Shown here one piece after another: positions 38,401 to 50,400 of a stretch of 64,000 nt of DNA. The stretch comes from Cetorhinus maximus. Taxonomy: Eukaryota. Under the pieces are notes generated by a model. It did not search any database and was not told where the DNA came from. It saw nothing but the letters and a program-made list of their open reading frames with translations. Each line of letters begins with the position of its first letter. Position 1 is the stretch's first letter. Where the stretch lies: contig NC_135895.1 in NCBI RefSeq assembly GCF_964194155.1, forward strand, positions 59,086,001 to 59,150,000, given 5' to 3'. Both the position numbers and the translations under genes were made by a program.

Positions 38401-41400
38401 TTTTCAGACATTCCACCTCCCAAGTGTTGCTAGCCTTTCCTGTTTTTGTTTGATTTCCAGCACCTTCAATATTTTGCTTTTTGAATGAGTTGGGCCTACT
38501 AACTTGGATTATGCGCTTTTTCAAAGCTGTGACAAAAGAAAGATTAACGGTAACCTTCTAGTCAGTCAGAACTGTCAAAGTAGGGTTCAAAAGCGTAAAG
38601 ATTACCTAAACAGATTTTTCAATCCTCGGTAGAACAAAGCAACAATAGGTAAGGGTCTTTCTTTGCTGGAATAGCCAAAGTACATAATCTTGTTGCCTGA
38701 CACTAATTGGGAAATAACCCTGTTGAACAAGAGATCAGACAGCTGACTTTGAAGTGTTGCCACATAATACACAGGAGTATAGATCTACCCCATAATATAG
38801 AGAACCTTAAAATCTGAAAATGAACAGAACTCTGGTATCTCGCACTATCATATGAAATTCTGTCATTAAAATACATGATGACCCTTTAGGGTGTTTGACT
38901 GGGACAGAGGTGAAGAAATTTTTTGTTTATTAAACAATAATGACCCACTTTACCTGTTAATGTTGCTGAATGTTTCTGAGGAGGAACTTTAATCCAGTTG
39001 ATATTCAGATTAACTTTGCCATTTACTTCTGTCCATTCCACTACATATCCTTTCACTGAGGCTGACTGGATGTGATTTTCTGGCTCCATCCACTCAATTG
39101 AGAACTGGTTGTTTCCAGCATACATAGCTGAGATGTTTCTTGGTGGAGGAAGATCTGTCAATCAAAAAGTCAATAGATTATAAAAAGTGAGTACAGTCCT
39201 TTAGAGATGTCCAGGTCCTTTGGGCACGTAGCATTTATTCAGTGTGTAGTTGTATCATGCAGATCAACAAAATACTCAGTCAATATCTGGTCTGTGGCAT
39301 GTTATTTCTGCCAGTGCATGGATAATGTCATTGTAAATAGTCTTGACATCTCAGAGTTAGGGAGGGGATATCAGACATGTTGACCAGTTCAAGGAGTGAC
39401 AGCATCTAAGCTATGAGTTAAACTTTGATGCTTGTGACTAATTGGGAATTTTGCATCCAGCTCCCAACTACAAAAGTTTCTCACTGCAGTTTTAAACTTA
39501 AGACCTAAATTGGATGAACCACATCGGCACAACATTTTGCTGTGTTAGTTTAATCTTCTAATTTTGGACAATGCACAGTGATATACTCCCTCCTCAGTGT
39601 TCCACAGTCTTCAGAATATACTCATTGTTTAGGAGGATACCAGTGAAGGAAAAAGTTTTGCAGCTGTCAATAATGATGCTTTCTAATACAACAGGTGCTA
39701 AGTTGGATGTAGGAGTAGCAATGACCAGAGTTATATTGTTTCACCATGTTTCATCTCAAGAGTTAGGAAGGGGATATCAGGCAGGGCTCCTATTGCTGAT
39801 TGCTATCCAATGATCCCTGCTTCAAGTATGCAGCAATGGATATAGTTTGAGAACCGGTTCATCTATGATGTGTCTCACAGTGGAATATCATTGTCTAGTC
39901 TCAAACACCCAAAATAATTACTTGGGGAAGGTGCTGGCCAGCATCCATAGAAACATGTCCCAGCAGGAGCCATAACTTTCAGGAGAGATGGAGAGAAAAT
40001 TACTGAAGAAAAATATCCAAATATATCTGGGAAACATTCAAACAGTGAGTTCTGCTAAGGGAGGTGCAATATAATAATGCTTCATATAGCTGCTCGGAGC
40101 TTTTTTCTTCCTCTCCCATATGTCTAGAGCGTCCTGGGGTACAATTTCATGGAAGCTGATCATGTCTGGTTTTTTTCAACCATATAGATCAGTAAGACCT
40201 CAGGATCAATCCTGGTCTGCATGAAATTACCTGATCTCAGTTGCAGCAGAAATTCGGGTAACAATCAACCTTGGTGATGAACTGAACACAATTTAATTAC
40301 AGCGTTACTTTGTGGTCTTTGTGATTTAGCTCCACCTTAGCAAAATAAGAAATTGTGCATTATATGATGAAACGCTATAATATCTCTATTCTCTCTTTAT
40401 AAACAGCACATCATCTAATTTATCATGAGCAATGCCATGCTACATGTGCAAATGTTTTTAGAAAATTTCAGACCAGGTTTTGTAGGAGAGGTTCCAGTTG
40501 CTGTTCATAAGGCCTCTTCCCTCTAATGAAATCTGGTCTTCTATTGTAAAAGAATTCAAACATGTTGTCCCAAATTAGCCACTTGTGTCATGTATGGCTC
40601 CTGTCTTTTTGCAATTGTTAACTTACTTTCATGAAGGTATGTTCTTTGGAATTTCTCAAGGGAAAAGGAACATATAAGCGGAGCACTTATTGTTCAAAAT
40701 AACTCTCCTTTATGATGCTGTTACAGTTTTGAGGTTTTATGTTTGATAACCCTGTATTTTCTCAGCTTCCTGCCACTGAGATGCCATTAGTTTGGCAGAA
40801 ATATAGTAGAAACCTTGTTCACACAGTGTAAAAAGTTTGAGGAAACTCAAGGCTATAATCTCTGGTTATATGTCTGCAGTCTTTTGTAAGCAGACCTCAG
40901 ATCCCTACAAAGCATCTTTATTTCGCCAAATATTGAGATAATATTGAGTGCATGGCCAAGGAATTGTAACAGAATCCTTGTTCTGTATACCTGCTACTAG
41001 GATACACGTGAATTCTTCTGTCTTTATGTAAGGTGAACTGCATAGAATGATAAACAAAAACAGAATTACCTGGAAAAACTCAGCAGGTCTGCCAGACCTG
41101 CTGAGTTTTTCCAGGTAATTCTGTTTTTGTTTTGGTGCCAGACCTGCTGAGTTTTTCCAGGTAATTCTGTTTTTGTTTTGGATTTCCAGCATCCGCAGTA
41201 GCTTTTAGCTTTTTGTTTTTATGCATAGAATGATATGTTGATAGGGTGCGATGAAGTATGGTGAGAGGAGGCTCATGTACAGAATAAACACCAGCACAAG
41301 CCTGTGGGGCCAAGTGACCTATTCCCGTGTTGTAAAATTCCATGTAATTCGAAGAGGCAAATTCAACCAGTGTCTCTACCCTGGATATTATTTGGTGCCT

Positions 41401-44400
41401 TCTGCTGGAATTATGAATGTTACGTGAGTAAAGAATGATGCTCAATTAAACGTCACAATTAAACACCCAGCCAGTATATATGAAGAACAGCCATTTGAAT
41501 AGGGGAAAGCTGGCACTTGTAGAACCTTCGACCAGCACAAACTCGGGTTTTCAGGAGAAGGTTAGCTGGTTGGAAGTGGGGGGAAGAATAGGAGGCAGCT
41601 GAACAAAAAAAATTATATTTTAATGTTTCTCTTCAGTTTTTCTTCTCCTGATAGTTGCCCCTCATTCTCTCAAAACTGATAATGTTGCAAGAAGGTCTGA
41701 TGTAAAAACAGAAGCCTTTCTTTTACCTGTGAGGTGTGATATGTGGAGTTGAGTAGGTGGAGAGTTCCCCTTGGAGTTGTAAGCAGATACAGTGACGGTA
41801 CAGCCTGTCCTGGGGATTCCTATGGTGTACCTAGTCTGCTGTGCCCAGATGGTTGCATTTTCCTTTGTGCTTTTCCAAAGTGTTACATTGTAACCCAGGA
41901 TTCTTCCTCTGCTTTCAAGCACCTTGAGGGCCTATGATATTAAAAGCTGGTTAGTTAATTTTCTCCTCTTTAGGATTCAAGTTTAAAAAGATAGCAAACA
42001 CTTTGTTAATAAATACTGCTTTCGTCCCTCACCAGTAATCTCCAGTTTAAGGAAATAAAACAATCACATATTGAAACTAAGTCATGCTTTCAATGTTTTT
42101 TCGCCTTAGATGTGATGGGTGCATTTTTTTGCTGAGTTGCTAGGTAATTGAACACTGCTTCATTGCGCTAAGAGTTGTTTTGTTTCTTCCACATTGGGAT
42201 TTATTTTATCCTGAAAGAAGAACAATTATTGAGACTCTAAGGACAGTCTCAGTATCATTATTTAAAACGACAGGAGGTTAGGTTTATTTAGATGCAAACA
42301 GGCTGAATTCAAGCTGTGAACACTGGAGCAAATTAAATGTATAAAAATTGCAAAACTCAAGTAGTAGATACTCTTTCCATAGAGTAGTGGCTATAAGAAA
42401 TAGACATCTAACTAAATCAGTCAAGAGTGAATTGACTTGGATGAGTATCTATTAAGTACAGAGTTGAAGGTTATAGGACAAGTATTAATATAGGTACTCC
42501 CCAGAATCTAGGTAAGTCATTGTGCAATGCCGCTGGTTAGAGTTGTAAGTGAGTATACAGTCACAGAAAAATTATGGGATTGATTTTGAATTCGATGCTC
42601 TGGTGTAAAACTGTCATTGCAACCTGTCACCTGTTTTAGAAAGCACACAAGTTTAATTACCATTGAACCCATTTTGCCCTCGGGCAGCATGTTGAAAATC
42701 TATCTCAATAAATTTTAAGTTTACTTTTTTTAGGGGTGGGGGGGTTAGGGGGGTGATGATGGTTGGGTGTCAGCATTCTCTTCCTGGAGTTTATAGTTGG
42801 CCAATTAAATTACAGGACTGAGTGCATCATGATGAGAGCACAACTGGAAAAAAAATACACATGATGTGCGAGAAGACCTGGCTTAAACTAAAAGAGTTTT
42901 CTCTTACTTCAGTTATTCTTCAGTTCCTAAACGTACCCACTACTTTATATATAAAACTGTTCTCATTTGCAGCTGCCTGTGAAACCTTGAATCTTGGGTG
43001 ATGTGAGCAAAAACTGCACATTCATGAGTTTGGTGTTAGAGAACAGCCACAAATTGAATGATCCTCTGGTTAGGACTGAAGTTGAAGCTACAGAACCCTT
43101 ATTGAAATTCAACCCGTGAACTTTAAAAGAGCCTTGAGTGTGAATCTAATCTTTAGCAACACCTTAATTCAGATGATAAGAATCATGCTTAATTAGCTTA
43201 TCTGATAGCTCTTGAACAAAGGGCTTTTTTGCTATGAACACTTTTTTTCAAAATTTATACCCAGTATATATCAGAGGAATGCTAAGAGTGCAGTATATGT
43301 ATATAATACATATATTGCATATCTGGCACAATGAAAAAGACTTGCATCTATTTCATGCTTTTCATGATCTTAGGATACCTCGAAGTGATTTACAGCTAAT
43401 GAAAGACTTTTGAAGTGTAACCACTGTTGTAATGTAGAAAATGGGATAGCCAATTCAGCACACAAAGTTCTCACCAACAGCAATGTGATTTTTTTGTTAT
43501 ATTCGTTCATGGGATGTGGGTGTCACTGGCCAGGCCAGCATTTATTACCCACCCCTAATAACAGGATAATCTGTTTTTTATAATGTTGATTGAGGGAATA
43601 AATACTGGCCAGCACACTGGGAGTAATTCCAACTTTCTTTAAAAGAATGCCATGAGATCTTTAAGCCCTCCTGAAAGAGTAGACAGGGGCCCTCGTTTTA
43701 AGATGGCACCTTTGGTAGTACAGCACTCCTCAGTACTGCACGATCTCCTGACTCAGAGTGGGAGTGCTAACAGTTGAACCATGGTTTGATACTATGCATT
43801 TATATAACCAATACAACCAATGTTCAGTCCTGATAAAAGGTCATGAAACGCTGGGCTAGATTTTCATTCTCAAGGTGGGTAGAGCCTGCCCGGCCGGGGA
43901 GAAAGTGACTGCAAAGACCGAATTTTCATTGTGAGGAGTTGGCTACAGGGTGCAGTCAGGCCAGCCAACCTGGGAAAAGGTTTGGCAATTGGGGATGACC
44001 TAGCCAGCAACACCCACATAAAGTAAAGTACATGGGACATCTGGTTTGGTAGTCAATGGTTTATTTACTCATGTTTGCCTGGTAAGTATAACTAGACATT
44101 GATTTAGTGATTGAAATCTCTTACCTTCCATAAGAGAGTGATTCGCAGGTTGTTAGGATCTGACAGGTCCATTGTATACCAGACATCCAGTTGGCCTATG
44201 GGAACTATGCAATAACAAAAAAGAAACTTACTGAAATAAAGTAATAACCTGAAGTAAAAGGTTAATGTATATTCATTGTAAATAGCCATCTTTTTGTGGG
44301 TTTCACTGTAGGTTTCAATGCAGTAACCCTTCACTATCAGTTTGGTGGTGATAAAGCAGAAGGATTAACCAACATTATGCACATATGCGTACAATGTCAT

Positions 44401-47400
44401 CAACATATCCAATATGGAGGCCTGGGTTAGATAGTTCTAAAGTTACCTATTTTCTAATTCCTTAAGTGGAAGTGACTACCCATCCTCAGAATATTAACAA
44501 AATCTGGTGCAATAAGCAAGGGTTGTGTTGCACATTTGCTGTGATTACTCAATCTATGACATTCTGCAAGTTAATACACTATTCATAGAATGCATTCTGG
44601 CGAGTGTGGATTTCGATTTTTTAAACATCAGCATGTGTGCTGAAGTTGAGTATACACCAGAATTGACAGGAACTGAATTACACCCACTGAGCTCCATATC
44701 TGCTGATCACTGTGTAACTGTATTACTGTAACACAAAGTTAATAGATTTAATAATGAAAGCACCTTTGGTCAAATCATTCATTAGTGCATCATGAAGAAA
44801 CTAACGAGGTCAGCATTCTGCTTTATAACTGATCAGGAGCTGTCTGAGTGGGGAGGCAGGGTGTGAAAAGTACAGTACGAGTTAGCAAACAGGCACCCAG
44901 CTAGTGCTGGTCCCTGAAAACCACCCTCTAGGATTTTGTTCACTCATCTAGACTTAGTTCTGCAAACACTCTGGTACCTCATCCATGAAACACTGTCCCT
45001 TATGAGCCAGTACAGTAAACATTGGCAGAATATTTGATTATTGGGAGCACAGCCCTTGTCTCATCTGACTTCCTATATTGCATATTCCAAGAAGAGTCAA
45101 AGGATAATGGTTAGGACCAGGGACTCTGATACTGTAGCCATGGCCTACCACTAAATCAGTTAATTCAATCCAAACTAAGGAATAAAACTGAGGCCAGCTT
45201 ACTCTGTATGGCTCATTACCACAGTCATAATTAAGAAATGGCAATTTGCATCTCCACAACTAAAATAGAATTATGTTCACGCAGTAAAGGAATTATTTTC
45301 ACAGAGTTGACGCAAAACAAATCCAAACAGTACAGCAACGGAGGGGAACTCTACCTGCCTCTGGTGTCTGGCTTACAAAGGAAGGGCTCCAGTCACTCCA
45401 TAATCCTCCGGTATAATGAAACTTTGAGCGAACCTGGAACTTGTATTCTGTGAAATGCTCCAAATCAGTCACCTTGCAACTTGTTGAATTGACTAAGAAT
45501 TTCTGAAACCAAAGCAGAAGGGAGTAAAATACTCTAGCAAATCTTAAGGAACCTGGCTGATGTTGAGCCTCACACAGACTTGCTCTTTTTGGCTTAAAAG
45601 TATAACCTATTTTGATACAATCCTTGCAAGGTTTGGTCATTGTTTTCAGCTCGTGGAATGAATGGGAGCAATGTGATTGATGGCACATGATAGATTCTGT
45701 AGACAATGGCATATTACTGCTGGACACAAGACTACTCAAGCAGCAGTCAGATGCACCAACCATGAGAAGGTCTCTTGTATTGGTATGATCTGAATTTACT
45801 TTTCTGCACACAGATGTTTATGCTCTGCATCCTCAGGCAGTTGATCAGGCAAATAGGTACAGCACACTGCCCCTCAACTCCTGGTTATATCCTTTTATTG
45901 TAGGAGGATTGGTGGGTAAGTGCCATTTATTATTGGTGCAGTGTGGCTTTCCTCCATTGTTGCCATGGAAACCCCATTGTGCCCTGTTTGAAGGGAGTTG
46001 GGGAAATGGCAATCCACAAATTGTAGAAAGGCAAATAACAAAAGTATTTGGCAGGAGCACAAAAAAGTCCAAACTTGTTGTAGAAACAAGAAACAAATCC
46101 TCAAAATGCCTAAACGCTGAATGTCCATTTTTTACGGGCATGATAGCCATTGAAGTGGGGACAGAGGAAAAAGCAATGTTACCACCTCATCTGAATGAGC
46201 CAGAAAAGCCATTGGAGAATAGAGGCACACTGAAGTGGCAGGAATCCAGTGTAGTTACTCTAAATCACATGTTTGCCCAAATACTTATGAAAAATCAAAC
46301 ACTACTTGGTCTCTTGGCTTTTCTAAGTTATCATATGGAAATACTGCAAGTGGAAGAACCAATTTAAAATTAATAAATGTTACCTTTCCCCATTTGCCGT
46401 TCATACTTTGACATTGGATTTCAAACAACTGTGTGTTCTGAAGATCTTGCCAATACACTGTACTAATCATTGGTGAACTGCTGCTGAATTCTACCTTACT
46501 GATATTGGGAGCCTTGGGTTTCACTGAAAAAAAAAATAGATTAAAGTTATAGTCACTCTATTGGCATCAATATATTGATTTATTAATAAGACCCAGGCAC
46601 TGATTAAATGTAGAAGTAAAAATTATGTGCACTGCTTCTTACTGACAGCATCATGTAAAGATCTAACATGTATGCTGTGGGATGCTTGAATACAAATGCT
46701 TAGTGTGTTCATCAGGAATGGTGTACCTGCTATAGTAAACACTGGCAATAGCTCATTGAAAATCAATGTGTTAATACCCATCTTCATATGAGTAAGTCTC
46801 GGTTACATTAATTTGTCAAAGGGTGCAAGATTCATACCTCACTCCAGACAGGCTCTGGAATTCTGGATTGCCACTCAGTGGATACCCATGTCCTATGGGT
46901 GCTCCTTTCCTCATTGTGTAGATTGTGGAAGCCCACAAAACCTTTCCTCTCCAAGGAAAGAGCAAGGAATCTCCCCTCAATATCCTTTGCTCCAAGGAGA
47001 ACAAGCCCAGCCTTTCCAACCTAATCTTGTAACTAAAGTACTCCCACCCCCCATACCTAGAACCATTCTGGTAAATCTGCTCTGCACCCTCTCAAGGACC
47101 TTCATTCTTACGATTTTGTAGTCTCCTTGGCTCTCATCCTTTGGTTAGTTTATTGTTCCACCATACTGCAGTATTAACTAAGGCAACTCATCTCTGAGCC
47201 ATTGGCACTGTCCAGCTCAGACTATGGGGGCCATTTTTGTCTCACTGCTCCTCCATTTTCCAATGTGAATGGGTGGTAACAGGTGCAATGAGAAAAGGAG
47301 TTTCCACCTAAGGCCACCTGTGGAAGTTTTCAAGTGGCCTTCAGTTTAGGTGGTCAGCACTCCTGAACCATACATACATCCAAATTAGGGTCCTGTAATG

Positions 47401-50400
47401 TATTTACCACTCTGACACAAGCTCAATCCAATGGAACTGAATGTAGAGCACAAGCGTCATCAATCCTCAAAAAGGGTCTGCAGGAGGATGCCCAGAAAAC
47501 ATAAGGGCTTTTTGTTTTTACAAACTGTTTTCTGAGAGCTTAGGAGGAGCATGCATGCTCCCACCAATGTCACTCTCTTCCCAGCCCCTCTCTTCCCCTG
47601 CCTTTATTGTTTCCCAAGCAGCTTGGCCCTATGGGAAGAGCCGCCAGATTTTGCATCATTCCCAACCCCCCATCAGCGAGCTGCCTGTCAGTAATTATTT
47701 AAATCAGTCATCTGTTAATTTTAATTAAAGGAAGTTCAATCACCAAACGTCGCCCATTGATCATACCAAACGGCTGGTAGATTTACCCCATCCATTGTCT
47801 GTACAATACATGAAGATCGCCCCAATCTACCTATTGGACAGTTCTAATAGCCCATGGAATCTGTGCAGGGGCAGTCGAAGGAGAGAGAGTTCTAGTTTTT
47901 AAAAATTATTTATTCAATAACAGGATGTGGGAATTGCTAGCTAGGCCAGCGTTTACTGCCCATCTCAAGAGCAATTAGGGAAGGCAATAAATGCTGGCCT
48001 AGCCAGCAAAGCCCACATCCCATGAATAAATTAAAAAAACTTGAATCCTGTCTCCTTCTGCTGCCCCTGTAGATGGCAATCCCAATTCTCTCTTCCCACA
48101 CTCTCCCAATGTACTGAATTGTATAGTACTGCCTTTGGATGACCACATACCTGTCAGAAATCCCTCATCCTCTCTGGTGTTCCAAAAGTGCCCAATTGCT
48201 GCTCATACACAGAAATCCTCTGCTCAAAATCTACATTTTCTGAGACTCAGTTCACATGTGCTGGAAACACTGGAGGAGCCATGATGGCCCACTCTATACA
48301 AATCACTAAATTCCCCTGAATTACCATCTTTCAGTTAAAAAATATATACTTAGTGTTAGGCTGAATTCCCACTAGCACCAATAATCAAACTCCTCTTACT
48401 CATTTCACACAAAATTCATTTTAGGGCAAAAATGTCCTGCTCTAACTCAGTCTATGGCTGAGCTCTTACAGAGGCTAAGGCTCTATACTCTTCTGGCCCC
48501 TCACGTTCTGTACTGGCATTTTGGACCTCGCCACCTACAGTACCCTGCAGTTTCGGTTATATAGTTTAGCATTCTATTTGCCATTGTCATTGATGCTCTT
48601 TATTGATTGTGCATGTTAAACACCAGGTCTAGTAATGAATCTCTTTCACCTTTCCCCTGAATTACTTTACATATTTCAAGAAATAATTTATGACACTCCT
48701 TTATTCACCCTAAGTTGCAAGTGGCCAATTTTATAGTCCGGCATCTTCCCTGATGATTAAAGCTGGTCGAGAAAGGCAAGATGTGTGTAAACTGTACTGT
48801 TGGCATGTAGTAGTGTTCACATTCAGCCCCTTTGCAAACACACAATATTCAGTTCCCAGGGTCAGTTGTTTGTATATCTACTCTAGGTCAGCCAAAAGGG
48901 AAAACCTATGGAGGTAGCAGCTTCAGGCCAGTATTGTGCAGCTGATTTCAAAACAATATTGGCAGAGTGCTGGGATTTTAGAAACCTGGTTACCCAGCCT
49001 CTTGTCCTAGACAGAGCTATGGCAAAGTGTACATTGGAAACATTTTCAAGAATCCGCCACGCACCGATTTCATCCAAGGTAAAGTTTATAACAGCTGAAG
49101 CTTGATTCCCCAGTTGGTTTGAAGCAGTTACCCAAGCTGAATAAACAGAATACGGGTTGAAAATGTGCCCAGATTCACAAGCAAAGCCCAGCTTTTGGTG
49201 TTCCAGAGTATTCCTGGGCCTTGTGCATTTTCCAGTTGATGGCTCTGCAGAGGTAGCTGACGCAATGAAACTGTGTGACTCATTTCGGAACCTGAAAAAT
49301 TTATTACATAGTCATGAATTTTAAAACACATTTGTACGTTTGAAATGAATGGTGCAACACTTCATTTTCTGCACTTAAAGAACAGCAATAGCAAAACCAA
49401 AGCATTAGTTCAAATTCAAAATTTCCCTGAAACTCTGCAAAACACAGTCCGTCATTAAAGCATTTAACACCCACAGGATTTGAGATCCGCTGAGCTGTTA
49501 TATTTATTGCTGGATGGCCGAGGTGAGTTTTTGCCAGAATTCTGAAGTTCTGTGCAATGTTGTCATACCCATGATCCTCTATCTATATATTCACTCTTGT
49601 TCTCAGCTGAGCCATCAGTCCAGTGATGTCTAGACAATTATATTTTCACGTAGGACAGTTTAACATAAGAATGTAGTTGGAGACGGTCTGATAAGGGCAT
49701 TTGTCTCGTAGATTTGGCACTGATGGCTAATGGGTGCATAAACAAATGGGTTCCTAATGGTATCAAGAGGTTATCAATTTAAAACTGTCATGAAGAGAGG
49801 GGTTTAGAAGAGTTTGTTTATACAGATTGTTGTTGGAATTAAGAATGCTTTGCCAAATGGTGTGATTAAGGCAGAGACCATTGCATGATTTAAGGGAAAA
49901 ATTGGATAAATATTTGAAACAGGAACATACAGGATTGTGGAGAAAAGATGGGGCAGAGGTATTTTGAATTGCTGTAGCAAAGTAGCTTCCTTTGGTGCTG
50001 TAAATATCTAGGCTTTTATAGGGCGCAATAGTTGCTGCACGTTGGGGGAAAAGAGGTCGTTGGTGGAGGAAGGAAAAGAGTTGAATGATGTTCATGGAAA
50101 TCCATGAATCATAGGGCAAGATATTGAGGTTGGCAAGCGGGGAGTGGGGCCCGCTTGCCGGCACGGGATGAAGTTAGGTGGAACTCCCGACGTCATCCTG
50201 CGTCATTTCCATTTTCAGGTCGGCGGGGGCTCAGCCAAATCAACTGTGCGCCCACCGACCTGTCAATGGCCCATTGAGGCCATTTAAAAAGTAATTAGAC
50301 TAGTTAATGGACCTACCCATCCAACCTTAAGGTTGGCGGGCTTCAGAAAAAGCATGAAACCTCATCCACAGGTGGGATGAGGTTTCATGTAGGTTTTTAA

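Noticed and set aside
41053-41181. CRISPR-like or tandem repeat array
   Set aside because: Only two direct units with no spacers, in eukaryotic context; explained as Penelope pLTR ends.
45503-45811. N-terminal extension of ORF 45299-45811
   Set aside because: Only 45355-45502 is bounded by splice sites and homologous; the rest is open intron.
45909-46367. 152-aa + strand ORF antisense in an IL12RB2 intron
   Set aside because: Non-ATG start, no recognisable domain and no splice support; likely chance.
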